Below the pieces are notes generated by a model. That model did no database searches, was not told the DNA's origin, and was given only the letters and a program-made list of their open reading frames with translations. Positions 12,076-23,838 of a stretch of DNA of 39,309 bases are shown here, one piece after another. Origin of the DNA: Octopus bimaculoides (lineage: Eukaryota); contig NC_068981.1 of NCBI RefSeq assembly GCF_001194135.2, positions 6,490,631 through 6,529,939 of the forward strand. The letters run 5' to 3'. Each line of letters opens with the position of its first letter. The stretch's first letter is position 1. Both the position numbers and the translations under genes were made by a program.

Positions 12076-12121
12076 CTACATTAAGAGTCTATACTTGAAA
12101 AATATTTAGCGACAAAAGCAG

Positions 12122-12358
12122 TATTTATTTCTTTATTGTCCACAGGGGGCTTAACATAGAGGGGACAAACAAGGACAGACAAAGGGATTAAGTCGATTAC
12201 ATAAACCTCAGTGCGTAACTGGTACTTATTTAATCGACCCCGAAAGGATGAAACGCAAAGTTGACCTCGCCGGAATTTGAACTCAGAACGTAACAGCAGA
12301 CGAAATGCCGCTAAGCATTTCGCCCGGCGTGCTAACGTTTCTGCTAGCTCACCGTCCT
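12122..12358 (-). mobile_element. SINE family A, full length
   Basis: Reverse complement aligns to 2013-2243. Probable TSD CAAAAGCAG/CAAAAGTAG at 12113-12121 and 12359-12367. Confidence 0.88.
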
Positions 12359-12468
12359 CAAAAGTAGCGTTGAAGCCAAAAGGTAGTATTTATCTTCCGG
12401 TTGTGATATTTACTATGAGAGAACCTCTCATATGGACTTGTGACGCATAAAAGCATTTGTGTTTATAT

Positions 12469-13409
12469 NNNNNNNNNNNNNNNNNNNNNNNNNNNNNNNN
12501 NNNNNNNNNNNNNNNNNNNNNNNNNNNNNNNNNNNNNNNNNNNNNNNNNNNNNNNNNNNNNNNNNNNNNNNNNNNNNNNNNNNNNNNNNNNNNNNNNNNN
12601 NNNNNNNNNNNNNNNNNNNNNNNNNNNNNNNNNNNNNNNNNNNNNNNNNNNNNNNNNNNNNNNNNNNNNNNNNNNNNNNNNNNNNNNNNNNNNNNNNNNN
12701 NNNNNNNNNNNNNNNNNNNNNNNNNNNNNNNNNNNNNNNNNNNNNNNNNNNNNNNNNNNNNNNNNNNNNNNNNNNNNNNNNNNNNNNNNNNNNNNNNNNN
12801 NNNNNNNNNNNNNNNNNNNNNNNNNNNNNNNNNNNNNNNNNNNNNNNNNNNNNNNNNNNNNNNNNNNNNNNNNNNNNNNNNNNNNNNNNNNNNNNNNNNN
12901 NNNNNNNNNNNNNNNNNNNNNNNNNNNNNNNNNNNNNNNNNNNNNNNNNNNNNNNNNNNNNNNNNNNNNNNNNNNNNNNNNNNNNNNNNNNNNNNNNNNN
13001 NNNNNNNNNNNNNNNNNNNNNNNNNNNNNNNNNNNNNNNNNNNNNNNNNNNNNNNNNNNNNNNNNNNNNNNNNNNNNNNNNNNNNNNNNNNNNNNNNNNN
13101 NNNNNNNNNNNNNNNNNNNNNNNNNNNNNNNNNNNNNNNNNNNNNNNNNNNNNNNNNNNNNNNNNNNNNNNNNNNNNNNNNNNNNNNNNNNNNNNNNNNN
13201 NNNNNNNNNNNNNNNNNNNNNNNNNNNNNNNNNNNNNNNNNNNNNNNNNNNNNNNNNNNNNNNNNNNNNNNNNNNNNNNNNNNNNNNNNNNNNNNNNNNN
13301 NNNNNNNNNNNNNNNNNNNNNNNNNNNNNNNNNNNNNNNNNNNNNNNNNNNNNNNNNNNNNNNNNNNNNNNNNNNNNNNNNNNNNNNNNNNNNNNNNNNN
13401 NNNNNNNNT
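12469..13409. other. Assembly gap. Other gaps at about 7376-7473, 9157-9228, 19650-19712, 23106-23131, 27483-27551, 28113-28738, 34453-35279, 35869-36589 and 37828-38822.
   Basis: Runs of N, almost all bordered by microsatellites. Confidence 0.98.
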
Positions 13410-13444
13410 ATATATGTATATGAATTTGTCTATCGATATGTTTG

Positions 13445-13465
13445 TCTGTCTGTTTCTCTGTCCGA

Positions 13466-13527
<62 letters not shown>

Positions 13528-14022
13528 ACCTATCTTCCCTTGTTTGTTTGTTTGCTTGTTTCTTTCTCTCTCTCTCTATCTATCATTTTATCTATCTATC
13601 TACCCAGTCAGTCATCCATCCACCCACCACCCCGCTCGCCTTTAATGACCCTCCATTACAACTTCAATCCGATCAGCCATCATTTCGTATAACAATTAAC
13701 ATTATTCAACACGGAGTTTAGTTTTCAAGCATTCATAACTCACGGTTAGTCGTAGACAACAAACAACCCTACTCACACCCATACATGCACACGCGTGCGC
13801 ACATGCGCGTTCACAGACATGCGCATACAAGCACATAATTACGAACACATCGACAACTCTACACAGTTACACACACAAAACGGACATACACTCCGTCGTG
13901 CAATTTTACACATATACAGCAGCATGTGCGTACTTTAACACAGACAAGACGTATGTATGTATGTATGTATGTATGTATGTATATATATACACAGAGACAG
14001 GCACACACATATACATATATAT

Positions 14023-14054
<32 letters not shown>

Positions 14055-14133
14055 GTATATATATATATATGGGGAGAGAGAGAGAGACTGCTCGATATGT
14101 ATAAATATAGATGTATCCATGTATATATATATG

Positions 14134-14169
<36 letters not shown>

Positions 14170-14225
14170 CACACGCGTATATATATATGTATATCAGTGT
14201 GTGTGTGTAGAGCAAGAGAGAGAGA
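13445..14225. repeat. Compound (CT)/(TCTA)/(GTAT)/(AT)/(AC) microsatellite region
   Basis: Direct inspection; short unique spacers lie between the tracts. Confidence 0.85.
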
Positions 14226-14456
14226 GGGTTGGTTCCATCAATAGTCTAATTATGTAATACAATCACATAATTATTTAATACCAGCACATAATTATAGGAA
14301 TGCAGATCATCTGCTCACATGGTCATAAATATCCATGAATAGGTGGGGAGAGAAGGTGGAAGACAGAAAGAGAGAGTGTGTGTGTGTGTGTGTTAGTAAG
14401 AGGGGGTGAGGCGAAGGAGTGTGATAGGGAAAAGGAAGAAAGACAGAGAGATAGAT

Positions 14457-14496
<40 letters not shown>

Positions 14497-14554
14497 GCAA
14501 AACGCAACAGTGTCCTTATGTGTGTGTGAGAGAGAGAATGATTGAGAGAGGAAG

Positions 14555-14588
<34 letters not shown>

Positions 14589-14734
14589 TGAGAGTATAGT
14601 TTAGAGGGTCAAAAGGGTAGAACATGAAAAGAGAGAAAGAGGAAACAAATTGGAAGAGAGAATGCTGTATGTGTGTGTGTGTGTATGTGTGTGTGTGTGT
14701 GAGTGTGTGTGCGGTTGGGGATGGGGGATGGGAG

Positions 14735-14890
14735 CTAAAACAAATTCGCAGAGTCGTTAGGACAATGCATGGAACATGTTGCTGCTCCGGTTCTCTGTGA
14801 TCTGAGTTCAAACCTTGCTGGTGACTCTCTACTTTCATCTTTTCTAATTTAGTAAAGCAGCCGTACAGTACAGAGATCGAATCTAATCTA
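14735..14890 (+). mobile_element. Highly decayed SINE family A
   Basis: GTCGTTAG...CTGAGTTCAAACC...ACTTTCATCTTTT...GAGATCGAATCTAATC follows the family A motif order. Confidence 0.45.
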
Positions 14891-15182
14891 ATCTGTCTGT
14901 CTCTGTCTCTGTCTCTGTCTTCCTCTCTCTCTCTCTCTCGCGCGCGCGCAAACACACACACACACGTACACACACAATCTCTCTCTCTCTCACACTATGT
15001 TCCTCTCAGACTAGAAACGGTTGAGCCGTGCTAGGATTTCAATGACGACCAGGACACACCACATGTCAGGACGACATCAATGGAAAAGGGACGAAGAAGA
15101 AGAAGAAGAAGCATAAACCTTGAGAGAGAGAGAGAGAGAGAAAGAACAAGAAGCGGGATGGGTGCACAAACAGACAAATGAC

Positions 15183-15184
15183 TG

Positions 15185-15238
<54 letters not shown>

Positions 15239-15239
15239 T
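15183..15239. repeat. (CTA)n microsatellite
   Basis: Direct inspection. Confidence 0.95.
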
Positions 15240-15856
15240 ATTCTACGCATATCGAATATAATATTTCTGTTATAAGATGTAATTACTTCGATCTCTACAC
15301 AAAATTATGATGTTATGCAAGAAAAAAACTATCCTGACTCGAAGAACCAAACACACTCACGTGCGTCGCCCTGGATGTGTCATCGACGACAACAAAACTT
15401 CCTACTCTAATCTACTTTATCTCTTTATCCACAAAAAAAAAAAAAAATCCTGGCCCGGAAATTCGACAAACGTACATAGAATATGTAATTTTCCAAATGG
15501 CGTACCTCAAGGATCCGTTCTCTCATTCACAAACCTTCACTTTAAAAATATTTATATACATCATGTTGCCAATGTTGTTAACAATGAAGCTAAAAGCATG
15601 GCTGCTTTCGCTGTTGGTTGGTTTTTAAATTGTTGCTCATCCTTCTGGCATTCTTTTACTAATTTTTTATTATTAATAACGTTCTTCCCGGGAAAAAAAA
15701 AAAAGAGTTACAGACAGTGCTGTGTTATTGATTCTGTAAATGGTGGTTTTGAAGGAAGAATTATTGTCACAGTTGTTGGTGATAAAGCTAATGATAAAAT
15801 AATTATAACGTTTTATGAAAACACTCTTTCACCAAGATAAAACCCGAAAAAACTGA

Positions 15857-15857
<1 letters not shown>

Positions 15858-15940
<83 letters not shown>
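15858..15940. repeat. (TTA)n microsatellite
   Basis: Direct inspection. Confidence 0.95.
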
Positions 15941-15941
<1 letters not shown>

Positions 15942-16644
15942 TTAAAAGTTGTTTAGTTGTTATTTCCTTTAATAGCATGCTGCTGAATTTATTTATTTTT
16001 ATAAAACTATTTAGAGACATTATTTTAAATTCTCCCTCCCGAGAGATAGTGGACCATCAGCAAAAAATGCTAATCAACGTCCTAAAATGCAAGTTGCTGT
16101 CTTAAAATGCTAATATCCTCGTGGAGACGAACCGGATTGAAATTCCCGTAGAGATAATTTTTTTTTTTGCCGCCAACAGCCGTTTCCAATGAATATTGAG
16201 ATGCTTTGATTAGGCATGAGAATTCTGTTCCATATTTTAGCGGGTAATGGAAATTGGAAGTTGTGTGCGGTACCCTTTCCCAAAGGTATAAAAGTGTAAA
16301 CGAAATGAAATCATCTCAATTAAGTATCTAATCCGGGTCACAAATTGCTACACACTGGCCACAGTTTCTATGAATATCGATTAGTTTACCGAGAACGGGG
16401 ATTCTGTAATAAAAGTAATTTTTGTCAAGTTTAATGAGTTCATACCAATATATTACTGGTATTTAATTTCCCATTTATTTTATGGGTTAAATTAAACTTT
16501 ATTTTAATTGTGGTTTGCTGCTGTTTTATTAGGTTAGGACAGATCCATCATGAATAAACGCACGAAGCCATGATGGAAGGCATTCTAGCCATGACCATCA
16601 TGCTTTTTCTAAAGCCAGTTATATACTTCAGATGAACATATTAG

Positions 16645-17049
16645 TCTTTTAGTCTTTTACTTGTTTCAATCATTTGACTGTGGCCATGCTGGAGCACCGC
16701 CTTTATTCGAGCAAATCGACCCCAGGACTTATTCTTAGTAAGCCTAGTACTTATTCTATCGGTCTCTTTTGCCGAACCGCTAAGTTACGGGGACGTAAAC
16801 ACACCAGCATCGGTTATCAAGCGATGTTGGGGGGACAGACACAAACACATACACACACATACATATATATATATATAGATATATACGACGGGCTTCTTTC
16901 AGTTTCCGTCTACCAGATCCACTCAGAAGGCTTTGGTCGGCCCGAGGTTATAGTAGAAGACACGTGCCCAAGGTGCCACGCAGTGGGACTGAACCCGGAA
17001 CCATGTGGTTCGTAAGCAAGTTGCTTACCACACAGCCACTCCTACGCCT
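16645..17049 (-). mobile_element. SINE family C, near-intact full-length copy
   Basis: Complete head (TAGGCGTAGGAGTGGCTGTGTGGTAAG on minus), body, internal (TA/CA)n and tail. Confidence 0.93.
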
Positions 17050-17892
17050 ATGTCTAAAATGTCCTTTTTTTATGGAGCTAAGCTGTGTTTGAGGTAAATC
17101 TGATTGCTATTTCTAACAAATCTGGCAACGAAATAGAGGCATGGTCATTGTCTCGTTAATTTGCTTTCGTGTTTGTTTCGATGAGGAAATGTTAGTTTAG
17201 CTGTGTTCCATTGTGTTTCTGATTAGAGAGATGAGAAGGAATCCCCCAACGTCCGAAGGTTCATGACTCTGGTCGTTAGTTGCTGATGGTCAGGGCTACT
17301 TTCGCTGACCAATGACACCGAAGAAGCCGGCTAAATACAATTATGAAACACTAGTTTCCAACAAGCACGGATTACATACATGCTACACTGTGACAGAGAG
17401 AGAGAGAGAGAGAGAAGGAGGGGGTGCACACACACACGCATCACACACACATGCACACACAAATATATAAATATACATAATTGTTTACACACATATATTA
17501 TATGCGCACAAAAACACACGCCTCCAATGAAAGATTTAGTGTCAGTAAGGTTTTCTTTTGGGTTTTTCAGCGCATGCGCGAAGACGAACTGACATAATTT
17601 TCGACCTACAGAAAGCACATTTGTTATAGTGGAAGCGATGTCTCTGTTGTATGCGAGCGGAACGATGATTGCTTCATCTTATTTGATGGCAGCGGCCCCA
17701 TTATTTAATATTTATTCAAACTGCTCAATGTCATACAACTATGCGCTTCTTGTTACTTCAATGGGATAAATGTCTGTAGGTATGAGTGTGTATGTGCGCG
17801 TCATACATATACAAAAGCAGGCATACTAGCACACACACATATAGTTAGACAACTACGTACGTACACACATACATACATACGTATGTAAGCAC

Positions 17893-18452
17893 GTTAACAT
17901 AAAGCTGAAGATCAGTGGAAAAGAGAACACGTAGGCGGAACTACTGAGAAAATTGCAGTTACTCTATCCAGGTTACAAGTTCAGGTTTATTTACACCTGT
18001 AATTATTGAGACTCTGGGATGTGTAATACACTGCCTAAGTAACAATCTTGAGAAATTAGGCTTCTCAAAACCAGAAAGGAGAAAACTAATTCGAAGACAA
18101 CAGATCCAATCCATCACTGGAATTGTGAAAATCTGTAAAACTTTCCAGAAGTTTATCATTTAAATATATATGACCATGTCTAGATATGCAACTATATGCA
18201 TGAGAAGACATGCATAAAGCATACAGATCTGCTCATACATACATACATACATACATACACACATACATATATACATACATACATAAATACATACACACAT
18301 ACATACATACATACATACATAAATACATACATACATACATACAAAAATACCCTTTTGTTTGTGTTGAAATTCCAATGAAAGAACCTTGGATCTAGGTTAC
18401 AAACCGGTTCTTTCTCTATTGGCAAGAAATCTTGAAATAAACTGAATAATGA
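17893..18452 (+). mobile_element. 5'-truncated R4/Dong-like non-LTR retrotransposon (RLE-domain C-terminus plus 3' UTR), pseudogenised
   Basis: Translation VNIKLKISGKENT*AELLRKLQLLYPGYKFRFI/PVIIETLGCVIHCLSNNLEKLGFSKPERRKLIRRQQIQSITGIVKICKTFQKFII* (stop 18161-18163) matches the R4-clade C-terminal pattern (K..Y..L...PI.IG.LG...LQ...L.GT..I). One stop and one frameshift. The 3' boundary is uncertain. Confidence 0.8.
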
Positions 18453-18530
18453 CATACATACATGCATACACACATGCATACATACATACCTACATTCATA
18501 CATGCATACACACATACGTACATACATACA

Positions 18531-18560
<30 letters not shown>
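18234..18560. repeat. (CATA)n tracts within and flanking the R4-like 3' UTR
   Basis: Direct inspection. Confidence 0.9.
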
Positions 18561-18561
<1 letters not shown>

Positions 18562-18589
18562 GTACATCAGATAATGTCCAACACCTTAC

Positions 18590-18687
18590 AATCAAGAAGA
18601 CAGCACTGAATTCTTTAAACTCTTGTTGGTTGATGATTTCGTATGGATATTGAGAATTTTTCGCTTTCTTTCTACTGTAGTTGGTAA
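18590..18687 (-). CDS. Candidate internal exon (98 nt, phase 1-0), TNYSRKKAKNSQYPYEIINQQEFKEFSAVFLI
   Basis: Minus-strand TTTATTTGTCGTTCATAG| acceptor and ATT|GTAAGG donor; single open frame. A unique island between two TEs. Confidence 0.4.
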
Positions 18688-18724
18688 CTATGAACGACAA
18701 ATAAATTCAGAAATCCTTTCTATA

Positions 18725-19230
18725 TATAGAAAACAAGATGTCTATGTGGCAAATGTGCAGGAACAATAAGCAGTAAAAATTGGAAATTGGGCCTCTCCCT
18801 CAAAGTGAAACGTAGATTGCATTCGAATGGCAATCCTCCATAGTAGTGAAACGTGTGCCCTGAATGCAGAGGACATGTGAGGACTGGAGAGGAATGAAGC
18901 AAGTATTCTCCAGTGGATGTGCAACATCAGTGTGCATATATGACAAAGTGCAAAATTGCTGGGCATAAGAGGAATTAGATGGAGCTTGTAAGAGAGAAGA
19001 CTACAATGGTTTGGTCAGGTGTTGCATATGAATGAAGACAGGTGTGTAAAGAAGTGCAAATGGCTTAAAGTGGATGTGACTTCTGGAAGAGGGAGACCCA
19101 GTTGGACATGTGATAAGATACTGAGGGCTGATCTCAACATGTTGGGCTCATGGAGGAGACGACAATGGACTAAGACTTCTGGCAATATGAGATTCTTTAG
19201 AAAACCCACTCATCTCAGCGAGGGCGAGTG
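18725..19230 (+). mobile_element. RTE-clade LINE ORF 3' fragment, decayed
   Basis: Frameshifted translation GLSLKVKRRL...SETCALNAEDM*GLERNEASILQWMC...LGIRGIR...RRLQWFGQVLHMNEDRCVKKC...GRGRP matches the RTE C-terminal 'RLRWFGHV.R...GRPR' signature. Confidence 0.85.
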
Positions 19231-19576
19231 TTCTTGAAGCAAGGGCGAGTGTTATTGAACATTAATTCACCCCCACCACACTAATGAACAAAAGTACAAC
19301 TCTTCATGCACTATGCTTGTCTCTCCTGTCTCACTCCAGCAGCCCAACACCATTCTATCATATCTCTCTTGTCCTTGCTCAACCAACTGAATCATTACAA
19401 TACTGTGGCTCCCCCTACATACCTGCATTTCATCACTCACTGCATTCCCCTCTCCCTCCTCACTCTCCTTTTGCACACTCGTGAACTTCCTGCTCAGGCA
19501 CCCTGTCCAATCGTCTACCACTCCACTTACATTCATCTTCTTGTACCTTGAGGGCACACCTTGGCACATCGTCACC

Positions 19577-19577
<1 letters not shown>

Positions 19578-19649
<72 letters not shown>

Positions 19650-19712
19650 NNNNNNNNNNNNNNNNNNNNNNNNNNNNNNNNNNNNNNNNNNNNNNNNNNN
19701 NNNNNNNNNNNN

Positions 19713-19772
<60 letters not shown>

Positions 19773-19790
19773 CTCTCTCTCTCTCTCTGG
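19578..19790. repeat. (CT)n microsatellite spanning a gap
   Basis: Direct inspection. Confidence 0.95.
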
Positions 19791-19914
19791 CTTGTATAGT
19801 CATGTATCTCCTTGTATAGCCATGTATCTCCTCTACAGCGTCACATCTGTTTCTGTTCCTCTCTCATAGTTCCACCTCACACCACTTGGCACAAAGTCAC
19901 CCCACTCAATACCA

Positions 19915-20167
19915 CTACCCCTGTCAGGTGAGGGACCTTTGTCTTGCAAGTTACCTGGTGATCTCACTGGTGCTGATGCCATGCAAACAGCAGTCGGTAC
20001 ACTTCTGTGAAATGTATGAAGCTAGGAAGGGAATCCAGTCATAGAAACCAAGCCAAAGCAGACAATAGACCTTAGCACTGTGCTCTGGTTTTCCAGCTCT
20101 TGAAAACCGTTCAACTTGTGCCAGCATGGAAGACGGACGCTAAATGATGATGATGATGATGATGATG
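19915..20167 (+). mobile_element. RTE-type LINE/SINE 3' UTR ending in a (TGA)n tail
   Basis: TAGGAAGGGAATCCAG...CCAGCATGGAAGACGGACGCTAAATGATGATGATG. Same orientation as the upstream RTE ORF fragment. Confidence 0.7.
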
Positions 20168-21102
20168 GCTCCAAAATATTGTCAGTTAACAAGTAGTAAA
20201 AGTGACACTCCAATATTTTGTTCGCTGCCAATATGAGAAGGAAGAAAAGTTTCAAGTAGTTCAAACTGCATCGCAAAAGTTTTTCACCAAAGTTTTTCTT
20301 CCAGATCTTGACATGATTTGATTTCTTTTACATTCTTTTCAGAAGCAAACGACTGAAACGGCTGAAAGAATCCGTTTGATAACTTTTCTGCCATTCTGAC
20401 AGGGCAAAAAAGGAAGCTATCAGTAAAGGAAAGAAATTTTCCGCTTTACAATTTCTGAGAAAATATTTGAGATTCAACAAATGGATCAAAAGTGCTGGAA
20501 CCACTGAAATCTTCAAACTCGCAATTTCCCTTTTCTTTTCCGTTTCTTCTTCTTTTTGTTCAGTATCACAAAACGTTTGAATATATCCGGGCACCATTCT
20601 TGCAGTGTGCAAGCTGTGTTCAAATCTCGGACAGAGGACTATGAATGTGAGCTGATTATTTAAAAGTGCTTCAAAACTTAATTCCAAAGTATGTGATAAA
20701 GCAGAAGAAAGAAGATTTCACCGTTTATTTGAAACGGAAAATGTGCGTTCAAATTAACAAAAAAAAGTCATCCCTTTTTCACAATATTCAACGCCGTATT
20801 TTCCAATCAAATAGAATATAATTCTAAAACACGCTGTTCAGCTCTTAAATTCTTGCTTATAAACTAACGTATTTGCCTGGATGGCATTGTCATAACTATG
20901 TCTGAGACTATATAACAATAATGTTTTCCTTTTAAAGTTCGTTTAATAACGAACAAAATGTTTCGCACAGGAACATTTCATATCCAAAAGGTTACAAATC
21001 TTTCCAGTTGTTCAGACGGCAAAATATGGCGTCAAATCAAGGTTAATGGGTTCGTATTAGATCGATTTGGAGTAAAACTATATTTGTTTCTTCCCTGTAC
21101 AG

Positions 21103-21152
21103 TTAATCCAGTAATCCGGAACGCTGGGTCCAATCAGATTGATGATCGCCAT
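21103..21152 (+). CDS. Candidate small plus-strand exon (50 nt), NPVIRNAGSNQIDDRH
   Basis: TTGTTTCTTCCCTGTACAG| acceptor and CAT|GTATGT donor. Its strand conflicts with the minus-strand candidates, so it may be a chance match. Confidence 0.2.
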
Positions 21153-21182
21153 GTATGTTGTTTCGAGAAGTCTCTTGTGTGA

Positions 21183-21468
21183 AGGCGCGCCTCTTAGTGG
21201 TTGGCATGTTGCACTCACGATCGCTAGATCGTGGTTTCGATTCTCGAATTGGGTGGCTTCTTGATCAAAACACTCCATTTCACTCTGCACCAGTCCCCTC
21301 AACTGTAAATGGGTCACCCTACGATGGAATAACCTTCCGATCAGAGGAAAGATTCGCCTGCCCTCCTAACCAGCGGGAGGCGGCATCGTTCGAAGGCTAA
21401 AACAATGCGAAGCGCATTGTAACCATCGATGTATAACAACATCCGATATTCTGGTTATTACCGTGACA
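21183..21468 (+). mobile_element. tRNA-derived SINE, family D, diverged
   Basis: tRNA-like head (GGCGCG..CTTAGTGGTTGG...GGTTTCGATTCTC), CORE-like CTTGATCAAAACACT...GTAAATGGGT, and tail GAAGGCTAAAACAATGCGAAGCGCATTG. Confidence 0.7.
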
Positions 21469-22202
21469 CTGTGAAATTTTTTAGTGTGAGTATTTCAATG
21501 CTCCACAACAAAATGGTCCAATTTTACCAGTAAACCTAACAACTTCAAATGATGTCTCTTTAGTTTTATCTCTATCACAGAGCGAATCGCCATGAAACCT
21601 TTAAAATCGTCATTATTCACCCTCGAAGAAAACACAAATACTTTTGTTCACTCGCCATTTTGTTTCGAGATTGTTTGTTAATAAATGTGATTCCACCTCG
21701 AATTCCTATTCAAGCTTGTTCTTCATTTCCGGTTCTTTGAGAAGCGGGAGCTTTACTTGGATTTTCTTGAATGCTAACATAATTTATCTCATCGAAATCA
21801 CCTTGTCCCTGGGTTGAGCGTTTTAAATGTTTCAAACACGTCCGCTACCCGAACATTTGTTCGCCATTGTTTTTTTGTGCATTAACAATAAAATTAAGTC
21901 TTGTCTTTGAGAAGAACTTTGTTAGTTTTGCAGTCATTAAAATCTTTACTCGTAAATTCTGATCAACATCCTGAAGTCATAACTTTGCATGGAAAATAAA
22001 ATCGGTTTCTTTTGCTGATTGAATGGCAGAACCAATTCCTTGCATGTTTTCTCTGGGTTTATGAAGACGATGGAAATAAAGCTTCTGACACAACTGAGGC
22101 TGCCATTCTTTGTCATGGAATCACATGGATGGAAACAAGTCATTGTTACCATGTTGACATTCACCTCCTCGCGCCCTCCCTTAGCTCCTCCAATATTCAC
22201 CG

Positions 22203-22419
22203 CCGCCATCGTCATCATCATCATCATCATCATCATCATATCCATCACAATCAACAGGATTGTTTGGGCATTCACCAATCTCATTAGAACACTTGTTCTT
22301 TCCACTTGTTTCACCTTCAATGGACGCTGGCGGTTTTGTACATTCTGCCGCATCACCACCACCACCACCACCACCACCACCACCACCACCACCACCACCA
22401 CCACCACCACCACCACCAT

Positions 22420-22465
<46 letters not shown>

Positions 22466-22516
22466 GGTTGTGTCAGTCATTACACCAGCACCGCCACCAC
22501 CACCACCACCACCATT
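22203..22516. repeat. Compound trinucleotide tracts (CAT)n, (CAC)n, (TAC)n
   Basis: Direct inspection; source of the poly-H/T/P/Y ORFs in the track. Confidence 0.95.
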
Positions 22517-22567
22517 ATTATTACGAGAATCAGAGTGTTCATATTTCTCTTCCATCCATCATAGTAC

Positions 22568-22650
22568 AGGTTGGCCACTTCGTTCTCTTCCAGTTTCTTT
22601 GCTCTTTTGCGGCTCCTGAAATAAAATGCCGTCCAATATCTCCGGTTCAA
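22568..22650 (-). CDS. Candidate exon (83 nt, phase 1-0), EPEILDGILFQEPQKSKETGRERSGQP
   Basis: Strong minus acceptor TTGTTTCCATTGCAG| and weak donor CCT|GTACTA. Two frames are open. Confidence 0.25.
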
Positions 22651-23045
22651 CTGCAATGGAAACAATTTAAATAAAACAATTACTTAAAAATACAGAATTT
22701 ATGTAAATAAAACATTTGAACTACAGGTGTTCAAAACACATGTATGCGTCACAGGTAGCAACTGCAAGACATAGCATATCCTAAGGTACCAGTTCCAAAA
22801 TATAGCGTAACGTTTTGTTTGTGGTAAAATAAACTCGGATCTCATTTTTGGAAAAAAATTCGCAAACGTCAAAATTATAATTATACTAATAAACGCAATG
22901 GCTATGTGAAGACAAATACCTACACACGCATGCGCACATCTACACCCATCTACTCACATATATACACACACATATATACCTATATATGTGTGTGTGTGAG
23001 AGTGTGTGTTTTATGCATACATACGTCCTTATATACATAAATGTA

Positions 23046-23084
<39 letters not shown>

Positions 23085-23563
23085 ATATATATATATATAT
23101 ATATANNNNNNNNNNNNNNNNNNNNNNNNNNNATACTGGAAGGTTTGGAGGTGATGTACAGGAATTATATATTAGAAAAAATAATAATCAGGTACTCAGA
23201 TGTCTGGCTGGTTGTATATTTACAATGTTTTAACGTTGTTTACCTTGTTGCTGACGTCTTTTGGACATTCGAAATGTTAACACGATGAGGTAAATTCGGT
23301 TATGTTAGAATTTCCTTCTTTTTTTATGGATACTCCGTTTAAGAGAACCCAAGTAAGGCTCTCACTGATCAAAGATCTGGAAATCTAGGTCGCGTTTCAA
23401 ACGGTATTTTTAAGTGGAATCACATATATCAGCAAGCATCTAACAACATCCAGCTCACCCTTAATTTTCTCTTAAACGAACCAGAATATAATATGCCAGA
23501 AACGTACCAATAATTTTTACTCTGTATGCGGACATGAATAATATTTACGTATAGAACACTCGT

Positions 23564-23838
23564 GGAGGCGCAATGGCCCAGTAGTTAGGGTAGCGGACTC
23601 GCGGTCGGAGGATCGCGGTTTCGATTCCCAGACCGGGCGTTGTGTGTGTTTATTGAGCGAAAACACCTAAAAGCTCCACGAGGCGCCGGCAGGGGTGGTG
23701 GCGACCCTTGTTGTACTCTTTCATTCCAACTTTCTCTCACTCTTTTTTCCTGGCGGGGGTACACATATACTATAGAAACCGGGAAACCAGGCCCATGAGC
23801 CTGGCTAGGCTTTAAAAAGGGAGCGTAAATAAATAAAT
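23564..23838 (+). mobile_element. SINE family B 5' part with an alternative 3' tail
   Basis: 23564-~23750 aligns with the 2961-3333 copy, then diverges into GAAACCGGGAAACCAGGCCCATGAGCCTGGCTAGGCTTTAAAAAGGG-(AAAT)n. Confidence 0.85.

Noticed and set aside
15496-15525. NGVPQGSVLS, a non-LTR RT domain motif within ORF 15307-15840
   Set aside because: Only ~10 residues match and the flanks show no RT similarity; at most a tiny LINE remnant, not a gene.
20328-20687. 119-aa minus-strand ORF in unique sequence
   Set aside because: TTG start, no recognisable domain and ambiguous splice sites; cannot be supported without expression data.
21528-21621. Possible 94-nt minus-strand exon
   Set aside because: Weak donor; the resulting phase does not join the neighbouring candidates.
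2961-23640. tRNA-like cloverleaf segments at SINE heads
   Set aside because: They lack a complete acceptor stem and continue into SINE bodies, so they are not tRNA genes.
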